NCBI GenBank assembly: GCA_963805995.1
Contig: CAWDWL010000041.1
Span: forward strand, 12,769 to 76,768
From: an uncultured Pseudomonadota bacterium
GTDB taxonomy: Bacteria > Desulfobacterota > Binatia > Binatales > Binataceae
Direction: 5' to 3'
Length of the DNA stretch: 64,000 nt
Shown: positions 20,004-29,768 of the stretch, in pieces
How positions within the stretch are numbered: position 1 is the first letter of the stretch
Layout of the letters: the number at the start of each line of letters is the position of its first letter
The notes under the pieces: generated by a model
Told to the model about the DNA's origin: nothing
The model's database searches: none
Seen by the model: only the letters and a program-made list of their open reading frames with translations
Made by a program: the position numbers and the translations under genes

Positions 20004-21952
20004 ATGAAGGAACCGGGGAACAGTGGGATGAAAATCGAAATCAGCCACATCGGACCGGCATTCGACGGGCTCAGCTTCGGCAGTGTCGGACCTTACGAGA
20101 TCGTCATCGGTGTTCTGCACGGCGAAGTTGATCCGCGGCCATCGGCTTAACGCCGACAATCGTCAACCTCGACCAGGCGCCGCGCAACGCGGCGGGTATG
20201 GTCGAGTATCAGGTTGAATTCTGCCTGCTGAAGCCGGCCGACATGCGCCGGCACAACGGACGGATTCTCTACGACGTGCTCAACCGCGGCAACAAGCTGG
20301 GACTCAACGCGTTCAACGACGCTCCAGCCCGCAACGACATCAAGGGCGCGGCCGACGCGGGCAACGGTTTTCTGATGCGCCACGGGTACGCGGTGATGTG
20401 GAGCGCCTGGCAGGGCGACGTCGCGCCGGGGGAGGGCCGGATGCTCGCGCGTTTCCCGATCGCGACCGATAGCGGCGCGCCGATCGTCGCCATCAATCGC
20501 GACGAGTTCATCTTCAATCACAACCAGAACCCGGCGGCGGCGCCGCTTAGTTATCCGGCCAACAGCCTCGATCAGGCGCAAGCCGCCCTCACCGTTCGAC
20601 AACGCGAGCCCGACCCCCGCGTCGCGATTCCGGCCACCGGATGGCGCTATCTGTCGCCCAAGGCGATTGAGATCGATCGGCCCGCCGAATTCGACGCCGG
20701 CGCGATCTACGAATTCATCTATCCGGCCCGCGATCCAATTGTCATGGGACTGGGCTTCGCCGCGATGCGCGACGCCGTAGCGTTTTTTCGCCATCGCCGC
20801 GACGACGACGAGGGCCGGCCCAATCCGCTCAACCGCGACGGCGCCGGACCGTCGATCGCCAGCGTCTTCGCTTTTGGGGCGTCGCAGTCCGGACGCTTCC
20901 TGCGCGATTACCTATGGCAAGGCTTCAACGAAGACCTGGAGGGCGGCAAGGTTTTCGACGGCGTGATGCCCAGCCTCGCCGGATCGCGCAAGACCTTTAC
21001 CAACTTCGCCTTCGCGCAGCCCGGACGTTTCTCCTGTCAGCATGAAGATCACTTGACCCCGGGCGACCAGTTTCCCTTCGCTTACGCGACGCGTCAGGAT
21101 CCGGTCAGCGGCCGGACCGACGGAATTCTCAAGCGATACTTTAAATTAGATACGTCCCCGAAGGTGCTGCATGTCGACAGCAGTGGCGAGTATTGGCAGG
21201 GTAGGGCGTCGCTGGTCGCGAGCGATGATGTCGAGACAGAATCTAAAGTATTAGATGAGATAAGGCTATACGCATTTTCCGGCACCCAACACGGAGGTCG
21301 GCTGGCCTCGACGTTTTTCACGTTCTGCACCTATCCTGGAAATCCGGTCGAGATGAACCCCGGCTATAGGGCGCTGCTGGTGGCGCTGGACCAATGGGTC
21401 AACGCGGGTGTCGCGCCGCCGCCGAGCCGCCATCCGCGTACGAGCGACGGGACTTTGGTTGCGGCTCATTCACAAGGCTTCCCTGCGATTCCCGGGGTGT
21501 CGTACACCGGCCTCGTCAACCAGCTTAGCGAAGTGGATTACAGTTCTCAGCCGCCAAAACCGATTGCTGGCCATGACTACGTCGTGATGGTGCCGAAAGT
21601 GGATGCCGACGGCAACGAAATCGCGGGCATCAGGCTGCCCGACGTGGCCGCGCCGCTGGGCACCTATACCGGATGGAATCCGCGCCGCGCCGGTTTCGCC
21701 GAAGGTGAATCTTCGCTGTTGGGCTGCTACATCCCATTCGCCGCGACCGCCGCGCAGCGGCGCACCGCCGATGATCCCAGGCCCTCGTTGGAGGAGCGCT
21801 ACCAAACCCACGAGGCGTACGTCGACGCCGTCGCCCGCGCCGCCCGCGAATTACAGCAAGCGCGCCTGCTCCTGGCCGAAGACGTCGAGCGCTATATCCA
21901 GGCCGCCACCAAGCGCCGCAAGCACTTTGTTTGGTCAGCCTCGAAGCCATAA
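20004..21952 (+). pseudogene. Alpha/beta-hydrolase-domain protein of unknown function; the N-terminal ~40 codons are in a different frame
   Basis: The main ORF 20198..21952 is 584 aa. Frame-3 segment 20004/20028..20150 encodes MKIEISHIGPAFDGLSFGSVGPYEIVIGVLHGEVDPR.... This looks like the family N-terminus that should run into ...IVNLDQAPRNAAGMVEYQVEF. One or two indels lie between 20132 and 20160. Confidence 0.55.
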
Positions 21953-22444
21953 CAGGGTGCGCGAGGTAGGATGTGCCCGCGCACATTGCCAAAAAGAGTA
22001 GGGCGATCGGACGCCGTCACTAACCCCCAGTGCAGCCGGGCGAGCGTTCCGCAGACCACTGGAGAGCAGGGTGGCCGTATCTCCCGCTCCCGGTGTCCTC
22101 ATTGCGCCAGTGGCGGTGAACAACACGGTCACGGGATGGTAGAGCTCGGCGCCGGCGACGGCCACGTTCATGTCACCGCCGGGAGAGTGAAGCGCAGGGC
22201 ATCGTCGTCTTTGCAGATGCCCCAAAACAACGGTTTGAGACAAAAGACGGCGACTAAGGCGGATTTTGTTAAGTTGACATAATATTTCTTATGCGAAGTA
22301 TCATCGAGAAAAGCACAGCGCTCGCTTTCATGAGCGGGTCTGGCTTGTCAATCTTGGCCCTTGCCGCAGCAGCCAACCGGGCAACATCCCCGCCCCGTTC
22401 TCGATTTAGCGCGGTTAATCGTCGCACGGGCCGCCTCCAGGAAA

Positions 22445-22473
22445 TTGCGGTGTGCAGAAACTTCGGCTAGCAT
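22445..22473 (+). promoter_or_regulatory. Candidate sigma70-like promoter of vapBC
   Basis: TTGCGG, a 17-nt spacer, then TAGCAT. The aggag RBS follows 8 nt downstream and the ATG is at 22491. Confidence 0.35.
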
Positions 22474-22490
22474 ACACATCAGGAGCCGCC

Positions 22491-22697
22491 ATGCGAACCA
22501 ACATCGTGATTGACGATGAATTGATGAAGCGCGCGATGCACGCCTCGGGCGCGAAGACCAAGCGTGAGACGGTCGAGCGCAGCCTCGAACTGATGGTGCG
22601 TTTAAAGGCCCAGGAAAAGATGCGGGAATTGCGCGGCAAGCTTCATTGGGAGGGCGACCTTGAGGCAATGCGCCGCGACCGCTTCCCCAAGCAGTGA
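22491..22697 (+). CDS. vapB: Type II antitoxin, VapB family
   Basis: MRTNIVIDDELMKRAMHASGAKTKRETVERSL is the typical VapB/ribbon-helix-helix-like N-terminus. The stop overlaps the PIN gene start (GTGA). Confidence 0.8.
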   Translation: MRTNIVIDDELMKRAMHASGAKTKRETVERSLELMVRLKAQEKMRELRGKLHWEGDLEAMRRDRFPKQ

Positions 22698-23089
22698 TCC
22701 TGGTCGATTCCTCGGTCTGGATCGCTTACTTCAACGGCGTGCAGAGCCGCGAAGCCGACCTGCTTGATCAGTTGATGGGTTCGGGGCAGTTGCTGATCGG
22801 CGATTTGATCCTCGCTGAGGTATTGCAAGGCTTTCGCTCCGAGCTTGACGCCAGACGCGCCCTTGAGCGCTTCGACGCCTTTGATTTTCGCGACATCGGC
22901 GGCCACGAGATCGCTGCTGCAGCGGCGCGCAATTATCGCCTCCTGCGAGGAAAAGGCGTTACTGTGCAGACGACGATTGATACGCTGATCGCTACATTCT
23001 GCATCGCCCAGGACCACGAGCTGCTTCATTGTGATCGCGATTTCGATCCGTTCGAGCATCATCTCGGACTACGCGTGATCAGGGCTTGA
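22694..23089 (+). CDS. vapC: Type II toxin, PIN-domain ribonuclease VapC
   Basis: MILVDSSVWIAYFNG (first acidic residue), ...LIGDLILAEVLQG..., and C-terminal HCDRDFD. Confidence 0.85.
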   Translation: MILVDSSVWIAYFNGVQSREADLLDQLMGSGQLLIGDLILAEVLQGFRSELDARRALERFDAFDFRDIGGHEIAAAAARNYRLLRGKGVTVQTTIDTLIATFCIAQDHELLHCDRDFDPFEHHLGLRVIRA

Positions 23090-23213
23090 ACGTAGTACGT
23101 TTCAACCGGGTCTCCACCGCCCTCATGATCTCGCATGCGTCGATAATGACGCCTCTCTTTGAGGTCGCCATCAACTTATAGAAGGGGTCCCGCGGACGCT
23201 GGGGTCGATGCGC

Positions 23214-23486
23214 TTACTCACTCAGCCATTTTTCGGTGGTGCGGCTGGCGTACCAGCATGGGCTGGCGCCGAAATGCGGGAAGATCGCGTGGACGCAGGT
23301 TACTTTCTGGATGCCGGCGTCGCGGTACTCGGTGTGGCCGCCCTTGAGCGCCATCGAATAGAAGACCCGGACTTGTACTTCACCATAGACCTGGCGCGAC
23401 GGCGGGATCGGAAGCCAGATAGCCAGCGTGTCGGCCAGGAACAGGACGCACAAGGAGATGGCGCAGATAATCAGAATGCGTTTCAT
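23214..23486 (-). CDS. Hypothetical small membrane-anchored protein
   Basis: 90 aa with an N-terminal hydrophobic segment (MKRILIICAISLCVLFLADTLAI). No family recognised. Confidence 0.4.
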   Translation of the reverse strand: MKRILIICAISLCVLFLADTLAIWLPIPPSRQVYGEVQVRVFYSMALKGGHTEYRDAGIQKVTCVHAIFPHFGASPCWYASRTTEKWLSE

Positions 23487-23564
23487 CCGATTTCATAATC
23501 GCAAAACGCGAGGGTCCGGAAAATCAAATGCGTTGGATCCAGTTTTTGTACTTGAAGGGTGTCG

Positions 23565-23590
23565 TCACCCTCGCCCTGCCCTCTCCGGGG
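23565..23590. repeat. Degenerate member of the CCCTCACCCT/CCCTCTCC repeat family
   Basis: tcaccctcgccctgccctctccgggg shares the family motif with 1060, 18942 and 29579. Confidence 0.4.
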
Positions 23591-23908
23591 TGCCGCGCAA
23601 AATTGATGCGGAAATAGCCGCTAAGACGTCCAGTTTTATCATCGCCAGGTGTTCTCACGAATTTCGCCCTCGCGCAGAATTAGTGGCTTGGCCGCGCCGC
23701 GCAACCCTTCTCGTCATGGCGTCGGAATGCCCCAGAGGCGAGCATTTCACCCGAAGGAAGACTGTAAGTTTACCTCGATTTGTTGAGCAAAACTCCGACG
23801 GGGGCGCACTCGGCGGCGGCGGATCGATCAAAGTTGTGCGTTTTGACCCCAGCCGACCCCTATCGCAAGCGCGGCCGGCGGCCGTGAATCCATCCGTCGT
23901 GTTTCAAG

Positions 23909-24490
23909 TTAGAACGTATCCACAATCACGCGCAGCGTATCGTAAGCGAATTGATGCGACGTATCGGTGTTGGTTACGAATACCTGGGCTTCGAACGTGA
24001 TATTGGTGGGCGGCCCGAGCCCGAGGTTGAGCGCGGATATCCAACTGAAGATCGTGTTCTTGTCGAGGCTGATGTTCGGACTCTGGGTGCCGCCATAGGT
24101 GGAGAAGTTTGGGGAAGTTCCGCCGCCACCCATCGCGCCGGCGTAAGGCGAAAAAGCGACGTCCATGAAATCCAGCAATCCATGAGCGTTATTGACGTTC
24201 AAGGTGGCTTCGATGCTGTTGATGATTACCTTGTTGTTGCTCCCCTGCCCGTCTATACCGACATAATCCACGGTGAAATTAGTGAAACTTGAAAGGTTGA
24301 CCTTGGCGGTCTCGCAGGTCACCACGCTGGTCGCCCCGGCAGGAATCGGACTTCCGTCGGTGATACCATCGTTGTTGCATGTCAGCACGATCTGCGCGGC
24401 CGCCGCGGAAGCTAACGACCACGCGCACGCCAAAACCAACAGCCCAGCCAACGATGCGGACGCCGCTATGAGAACTCTTTTCACCAACAT
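23909..24490 (-). CDS. Hypothetical secreted Asn/Thr/Ser/Gly-rich protein
   Basis: The Met at 24490 is preceded by a ggggag RBS. Signal peptide MLVKRVLIAASASLAGLLVLACAWSLASAAA. 193 aa with predicted beta-rich composition. Divergent from the giant gene. Confidence 0.6.
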   Translation of the reverse strand: MLVKRVLIAASASLAGLLVLACAWSLASAAAAQIVLTCNNDGITDGSPIPAGATSVVTCETAKVNLSSFTNFTVDYVGIDGQGSNNKVIINSIEATLNVNNAHGLLDFMDVAFSPYAGAMGGGGTSPNFSTYGGTQSPNISLDKNTIFSWISALNLGLGPPTNITFEAQVFVTNTDTSHQFAYDTLRVIVDTF

Positions 24491-25103
24491 GCTCTGCTCC
24501 CCACTGGTTAGCGATTTATCCGGAATATCCGATTCGAAATCCTGCCTTGGATCCGTCCCGACACCGGCCAGTTGGTAAACGCGCGCTGTCCGGAGCCTTG
24601 CTTCCCGGGCGTCAGATAACTCTCCAGCCAGGAGCAACCGGTGTAATTGGCCACGTCTTGTATCAAACGTCCGCCGGTTTTACCAGACCCTGGTGCATCG
24701 GTAAAGCGAGCATGCGGCATTGGCGCACGCTCCTCAGTGTTAGAGAGTCCCGAAGCGCCGCAGAACTGACCCATTGTTGCGGAACCTGCCTGACTCAAAA
24801 TAGTAAATAAGAATTTACGGTTGCACGGGATGGTTATTGGTGCGAGTATGGGGCGGTTTCAAAATCGGAATAGTCCTCTTTCCTTTGCTAAAGGTCGATT
24901 GATTGGGCTGCTGCGCGCCCGCGCCGCAGGCGGCTTTGGGGAGCGGCCCCTGGAGAACGGCTGAATTTCAAATTCGTGAAATCCGCCCCCAGCCGAGCCT
25001 GAAAGGACCGTGGACCAAAACCACGCCCGAATCCCCACCGGGGGGCGGGCGCAGCACGAATGGAAATGCGGATTCAAGAAGTGCTGGCGAAAAGGAGCTG
25101 TGT

Positions 25104-28100
25104 ATGAAGGGCAAAAAGACGGGAATGACGGTCTTAACCGTCGTCCTCACAACTTTGATGCTTGGGTTTGGCCTGACTTTGCCAGCACGTGCGGACACGG
25201 TCTTTAAGTGCCCCAGCGAAGGCCCCTTGAAGCAGGGCGGAAACGCCAACCTTGACCTCAAGGTGGACGGCGTCTGTGATGTGACTGGTACACCCGAGTC
25301 ACCCCGCACAAGTTTGTTGTTCGTGTTCAGAAACGTGAACATCGTCGGCGGTGGGAAGTTGAACTTTAAGGACGGTCAGGACATCGACTTTTATGCCGAG
25401 TCCATCCTGGTCGAGAACAAAGGGATCCTCCAGGCGGGTTCTCCCACGACGGCAGGAGCATTCAAATCGAGGCTGACGTTCCATCTGTGGGGAAAACCGA
25501 CGGATGACGGGATCGAATGCCAGAGCGGCGGAGCGACGCCATGCGGCATCCCCGCCGAGCTCTGGGATGGGGCTTTTGCCAACCCAGGCATGGCCACCCA
25601 TATGAATATGGCCATGAAAACGCCGCCCGATCTTCCGAAGAACGCAGCGTGCAAATCCTCTCCCGAAACCTATAGCGACCTGCTTCCGGGCGGCGATTGC
25701 TTTTATCAGTATGAAGTACAGGACGTCCAGGACAGAACCAACGGCAAAAAGGCCTACTTTGGCCACAAAGTCTTAGCCGTTTCCTTTGGCGGCACGCTCA
25801 ACCTCTATGGAGCCAAGGGCGCCATCTATCAGGCCCCCGGTCAATGTGATCCGGAAGTGCCTGCGAACGAATGCAATCCCGCCAACACGGGCACCAGTTG
25901 GAGACGCCTTACCGGTGTCGCTAACGGCGGCAAGACGCTGACCTTGAATAATCCCACTTCATCCTCTCCTAAGGTTGATTGGAAGAAGGATGACCATGTG
26001 GTGGTCACCACCACCGACTATCTTGCTTCCCATTCGGAGGAGCGGATTCTCGAAGAAGATGCCGCGAACAACCAGATTGAGCTGACCGAGGCGCTGACGC
26101 ACCAGCACAACGCCAGTGTCTATCCGATTCCCGCAACGGTTCCGGGCGGCGTCGGACCGGTGAATGACCCGCTTGTTCCCGACGTCAAACGCGCGGTCGA
26201 CACGCGCGCGGCCGTCGCCTTGCTGAGCCGCAACATAAAGATAGTCTCCGAGGGGGCGACTCCTGAACCGGATTCAAAGGTCGACACTTTCCCTCCGACC
26301 GCCGGCAATTTCTATGGCGGCCACACGATTGTGCGGCAGGGCTTCGCCAGCTACCAGGTGCAAGGAGTGGAGTTCTATCGGCTTGGTCAGGGCGGGATTA
26401 TCGGGCGTTATCCGGTGCACTTCCATATGGCACGGCGGACGCCGCAGCAGACCAACCCGGCCAATGGGCCGTTGAACTATCTCAAGGACAGTTCCATTCA
26501 CGAATCCATGACGCGCTGGGTCACGATCCACGCTACCCAGGGGATGTACGTCGCCCGCAACGTCGGCTTCATGTCGATTGGCCACGGTTTCTTCCTCGAG
26601 GATGCCACCGAGATCAACAACAAGCTCTACGCCAACATCGGCATCTCCGCGCTGGCGGCGATTAAAAACAAGCAGAACCCGCGGCAGGTCCCGGGCATCC
26701 TGGCGGACACGTCCACCAATAGTTTTGGCCCTTCTGTCGACGCCATGCCGTACCGCTCCGACTTCAACCATCCCACCGTTTTCTGGATCATGAATGGCTG
26801 GAACGATTTCCAGTACAACCTGGCGGTCGGAGCTGCGACCTGCGGCGCCTGCTATTGGTGGCTTCCCGGATCCGACAGTGGGCCCTCGCAGTACGAATGG
26901 TGGGATGGCTATGCCTCGCAGCAGATCTGGGACCCGCAAGGGAACACGAACAAGGACACCAGCAACGTTTCGGGCGCCGGTTTTACGCCGCTGAAAAGTT
27001 TCGTTGGCAATTCGTGCGTCGCTGCCCAGACTTCGTTTCAATCGGTGGGCGCCGCCAATGCCTGCCTCGGAGTGGCGACGCAAGATGCCGGAGGCTTCAC
27101 GGCGGTACCGTCGCCTGCGCCTCCCGCACCTACAGACATAAACAGGTTTAACATCTACTATCCGATCATCACCGGTAAGCATAATCCGACGATCTGCCCC
27201 GGGGCCGATTCTTCCTCCGTGCAGTGCGGCATTACCAAGACCAACAATCCGCAACTGTGCGACAACAGTACCGCGAAGGGTTGCACCGCAACGGTGCTCG
27301 ATCATTACACCACTTCGTTTAACTGGGCTGAAACCAACTTCTCGGCGGTTTGGTTGCGGGGACAGTGGTTCCTGGTGCGCAACAGCGCGATTACTGACGT
27401 ACAAACCGGAGGTTTGAACTTCGTGACCGGTGGGGGCTATACCCGTTCCGACGTTGCTTTAGGCTATTGGTCGTTAATACGCAAGAGCCTATTCGTCGGT
27501 CACACCCAGCCGCTGGACGGCCCCAATAAGTATGCACTTCCCAGCGGACCTTTTAATCCATCCAGCAACCTGAAATGTGATGGCAATGGCAACAATCTTT
27601 GTGCATCGGCCGACAATGGAGCCGTCTTTATTGAGAGTGTGTTTCCCGGACAGCGGCTGTTCAACATCTACGACGGCCCGGCGTTCCAGGAGTACAACGC
27701 ATACCTCGACATCACTACCACACCGATCACGGATTGCGCGCCAAACCCGAACGGAGTATGCGCCGGCAGCGCGTTCCCCTCTTCCCGCAACATGGGCGTG
27801 CTGCACGATCTAACGGGAACGGAGGCAAAAAAGAATCAATGCTATCTGCCCAATGCCGCAATCGCCTGGAAGCAGCCAAACGGCTTCTACTATCCACCGG
27901 CATTCAACTCCGACAACCTGTGGTTTGATAATGTCGAAATACGTCACTTTGTAGTGGAGCCGTTCTTCAAGACGGTGGGGTACGACCCATTCGTACAAAA
28001 CCAGACGGAAGTCGAAAAACGGTACTGCACCTTCAACAGCGGTGAGTTCACCGCCAACTTCAATGATATCGACCGGCAAACCGTGCTCAACGATGACGAC

Positions 28101-29357
28101 GGCACGCTGACCGGTCTGCTGGGAAAAAGCCCAAATGGAGAATTCAAGCCGACTATCTCGATCAACGAGGATAACTACTTCACCGGCCCGTTAATCACAC
28201 CCGAATGCCTCTCCGACCAAGGCGTGACCCCGCTGAACCCCAACAAAAGAGTATTTACCGCGAGAACCAGTCCCTATCAATGGTTGAGCACCGCGATTAC
28301 GGCCGGTTGCGGGATTCAGAATGGGACGAAGGCTCCGAACCTGTTGCAGTGCCTAAACAAAGACAACGAGGTTCAATGGGGCCACGATTGTGCCAATAAC
28401 CGCTGCCGAGGCGTAGTGCTATATCGCGAAGATCTCACCAAAGACGAGATCGGAGCCGCGCCCCTGCCCCAGATCCGTATGATGGGACAGGATACCGCCC
28501 AGCGGAGCACTTTGACGCTGAATCATGGCTCATACTATATCGATACCACCCAGAGTTGCACGTCACAGATTGGAGGTTCGAATCCGGGTAAGTGTCCGGT
28601 GTGTACGCCTGCCCCGGGTCCGAATCCCCCAAAAGGCTCGGACTGCAGGTACTGTAAGCCGGGTACGGACTGCTGGGCAAACCCCGCCGATATTGATCCC
28701 ACCCCGTGGAACCCCTCGTTGTTTGTCGGCGGTGAGACTTACTATGTGTACTTAATATATGCGGACAAAGACACCAAGCAGACCTACGATTTCTACGTTG
28801 GGCCGAATCAAGGGAATAAATATAAGGTGGAAGCCCAACTGGCCGACATACGCAGCGCAAACTATGTGTTCACGTCAGCCGGCAATGTGGATTGGTTGAA
28901 AAGCGAATATCAAGCCGGCACCGGGACCGTGCATGTCGCGGTGAACCTGTCAAGTCAGGCCAAGGCCTTCACGAACTCTAAAGCCAATTTCTGCCAGCCA
29001 CGCAGCTTCTGCATGCCTTCCGGCGACCGATGTGTATGTCAACCGGGAACCGATTGTCATGATGACGCGGTATGCTCGTGGGGGCCCAGGGAGCTCGATT
29101 GTCCAGTGGATGCGGGCGGCAAAACGGCCTGCTACGCCTTCAGCATTACTATGCCGACGGACTTTGTACCGCCGCCAAAACCGCTGGTGCCGGATGCGGA
29201 GAATAAGCTTGAGACTCTCTTTAATCTGTTCGAAGTCAAAGATGATTATTTCAAACCCAACAGCGTGACGTTCACGAATAAGGGACCGAACGACAAAGCG
29301 TTTGATTCCGGACCCGCCTGCAAGTACGCAACGGTTCCGTCGCAGCTGGCCCAGTAA
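25104..29357 (+). CDS. Giant (1417 aa) secreted Cys-rich protein with G8-like and CEMIP/TMEM2/PKHD1-like right-handed beta-helix motifs
   Basis: An aaaggag RBS precedes the ATG at 25104. Signal peptide ...GFGLTLPARA|DTV. N-terminal G8-like segment: GGGKLNFKDGQDIDFYAESILVENKGILQAGSPTTAGAFKSRLTFHLWG. Motif VQGVEFYRLGQGGIIGRYPVHFHM at ~26350-26430. Many Cys residues throughout. Confidence 0.8.
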   Translation: MKGKKTGMTVLTVVLTTLMLGFGLTLPARADTVFKCPSEGPLKQGGNANLDLKVDGVCDVTGTPESPRTSLLFVFRNVNIVGGGKLNFKDGQDIDFYAESILVENKGILQAGSPTTAGAFKSRLTFHLWGKPTDDGIECQSGGATPCGIPAELWDGAFANPGMATHMNMAMKTPPDLPKNAACKSSPETYSDLLPGGDCFYQYEVQDVQDRTNGKKAYFGHKVLAVSFGGTLNLYGAKGAIYQAPGQCDPEVPANECNPANTGTSWRRLTGVANGGKTLTLNNPTSSSPKVDWKKDDHVVVTTTDYLASHSEERILEEDAANNQIELTEALTHQHNASVYPIPATVPGGVGPVNDPLVPDVKRAVDTRAAVALLSRNIKIVSEGATPEPDSKVDTFPPTAGNFYGGHTIVRQGFASYQVQGVEFYRLGQGGIIGRYPVHFHMARRTPQQTNPANGPLNYLKDSSIHESMTRWVTIHATQGMYVARNVGFMSIGHGFFLEDATEINNKLYANIGISALAAIKNKQNPRQVPGILADTSTNSFGPSVDAMPYRSDFNHPTVFWIMNGWNDFQYNLAVGAATCGACYWWLPGSDSGPSQYEWWDGYASQQIWDPQGNTNKDTSNVSGAGFTPLKSFVGNSCVAAQTSFQSVGAANACLGVATQDAGGFTAVPSPAPPAPTDINRFNIYYPIITGKHNPTICPGADSSSVQCGITKTNNPQLCDNSTAKGCTATVLDHYTTSFNWAETNFSAVWLRGQWFLVRNSAITDVQTGGLNFVTGGGYTRSDVALGYWSLIRKSLFVGHTQPLDGPNKYALPSGPFNPSSNLKCDGNGNNLCASADNGAVFIESVFPGQRLFNIYDGPAFQEYNAYLDITTTPITDCAPNPNGVCAGSAFPSSRNMGVLHDLTGTEAKKNQCYLPNAAIAWKQPNGFYYPPAFNSDNLWFDNVEIRHFVVEPFFKTVGYDPFVQNQTEVEKRYCTFNSGEFTANFNDIDRQTVLNDDDGTLTGLLGKSPNGEFKPTISINEDNYFTGPLITPECLSDQGVTPLNPNKRVFTARTSPYQWLSTAITAGCGIQNGTKAPNLLQCLNKDNEVQWGHDCANNRCRGVVLYREDLTKDEIGAAPLPQIRMMGQDTAQRSTLTLNHGSYYIDTTQSCTSQIGGSNPGKCPVCTPAPGPNPPKGSDCRYCKPGTDCWANPADIDPTPWNPSLFVGGETYYVYLIYADKDTKQTYDFYVGPNQGNKYKVEAQLADIRSANYVFTSAGNVDWLKSEYQAGTGTVHVAVNLSSQAKAFTNSKANFCQPRSFCMPSGDRCVCQPGTDCHDDAVCSWGPRELDCPVDAGGKTACYAFSITMPTDFVPPPKPLVPDAENKLETLFNLFEVKDDYFKPNSVTFTNKGPNDKAFDSGPACKYATVPSQLAQ

Positions 29358-29388
29358 AGGAGCGGCCAAGCTGAGCCGCCATGCCGTT

Positions 29389-29439
29389 GCACAGGCTTGA
29401 AGCCTGTGCAGCGCCTGCGGATTTGGGTACCGCAGCCGC
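29389..29439. repeat. Two adjacent REP-like hairpins immediately after the giant gene
   Basis: gcacaggc-ttgaa-gcctgtgc (29389-29409) and gcgcctgcgg-atttgggta-ccgcagccgc (29411-29439). The second recurs at 45276. Confidence 0.65.
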
Positions 29440-29578
29440 ATGCCAGGAGAGGTCGGCGTGCGATTTGCGCGAGCAAGTCGCGTGACGGGTGAGGTGCAGG
29501 CGGGCCTGCAACGATGTATCAGGCGCGCGGAATCCGCTTCTGCGCCAATGCGTTTGGTGTCCGGAAACCCTCACCCTA

Positions 29579-29607
29579 CCCTCTCCCTTGCAAATAAAGG
29601 GAGAGGG
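29579..29607. repeat. REP-like hairpin (CCCTCTCCC family)
   Basis: ccctctccctt-gcaaata-aagggagaggg, preceded by ccctcaccct. Confidence 0.55.
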
Positions 29608-29768
29608 GACAAACTCAACCACCTGCGTGCGAATACCGCGGCATTGCCAAGCCATTTATCGACAGGCTCCTCTTGAGCAAGAGGTTTTCAGAATGGCAAA
29701 ATTAAAGTATTGCTTTAATTAATTCGCGACGCAGTTGGGACCCTCGAGCGTGATCTGACCGGGCTATG

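Noticed and set aside
21935-22282. Overlapping 102-aa (minus) and 103-aa (plus) ORFs downstream of the alpha/beta-hydrolase gene
   Set aside because: They are mutually exclusive, have no RBS and no recognisable motifs, and show biased composition. They were left unannotated.
22274-22304. TTGACA ... TATCAT promoter-like pair in the AT-rich patch upstream of vapBC
   Set aside because: The spacer is 19 nt (suboptimal) and the first plus-strand gene is ~190 nt away. The closer TTGCGG-17-TAGCAT pair is the better vapBC promoter candidate. An sRNA promoter cannot be excluded.
24508-24810. Two overlapping ~90-aa ORFs in the spacer between the orphan secreted protein and the giant gene
   Set aside because: They overlap each other on opposite strands and lack an RBS and any homology-like motifs. 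The region is treated as a regulatory spacer.
26274-27404. 376-aa ORF antisense to the giant secreted-protein gene
   Set aside because: The plus-strand frame is continuous for 1417 codons with a signal peptide and conserved motifs. The antisense ORF has a low-complexity Arg/Gly-rich sequence.
28573-28587. GGAGGTTCGAATCCGGG, a tRNA T-arm-like string
   Set aside because: It lies inside the giant CDS in frame (…IGGSNPGK…). No acceptor, D or anticodon stems can be drawn around it.
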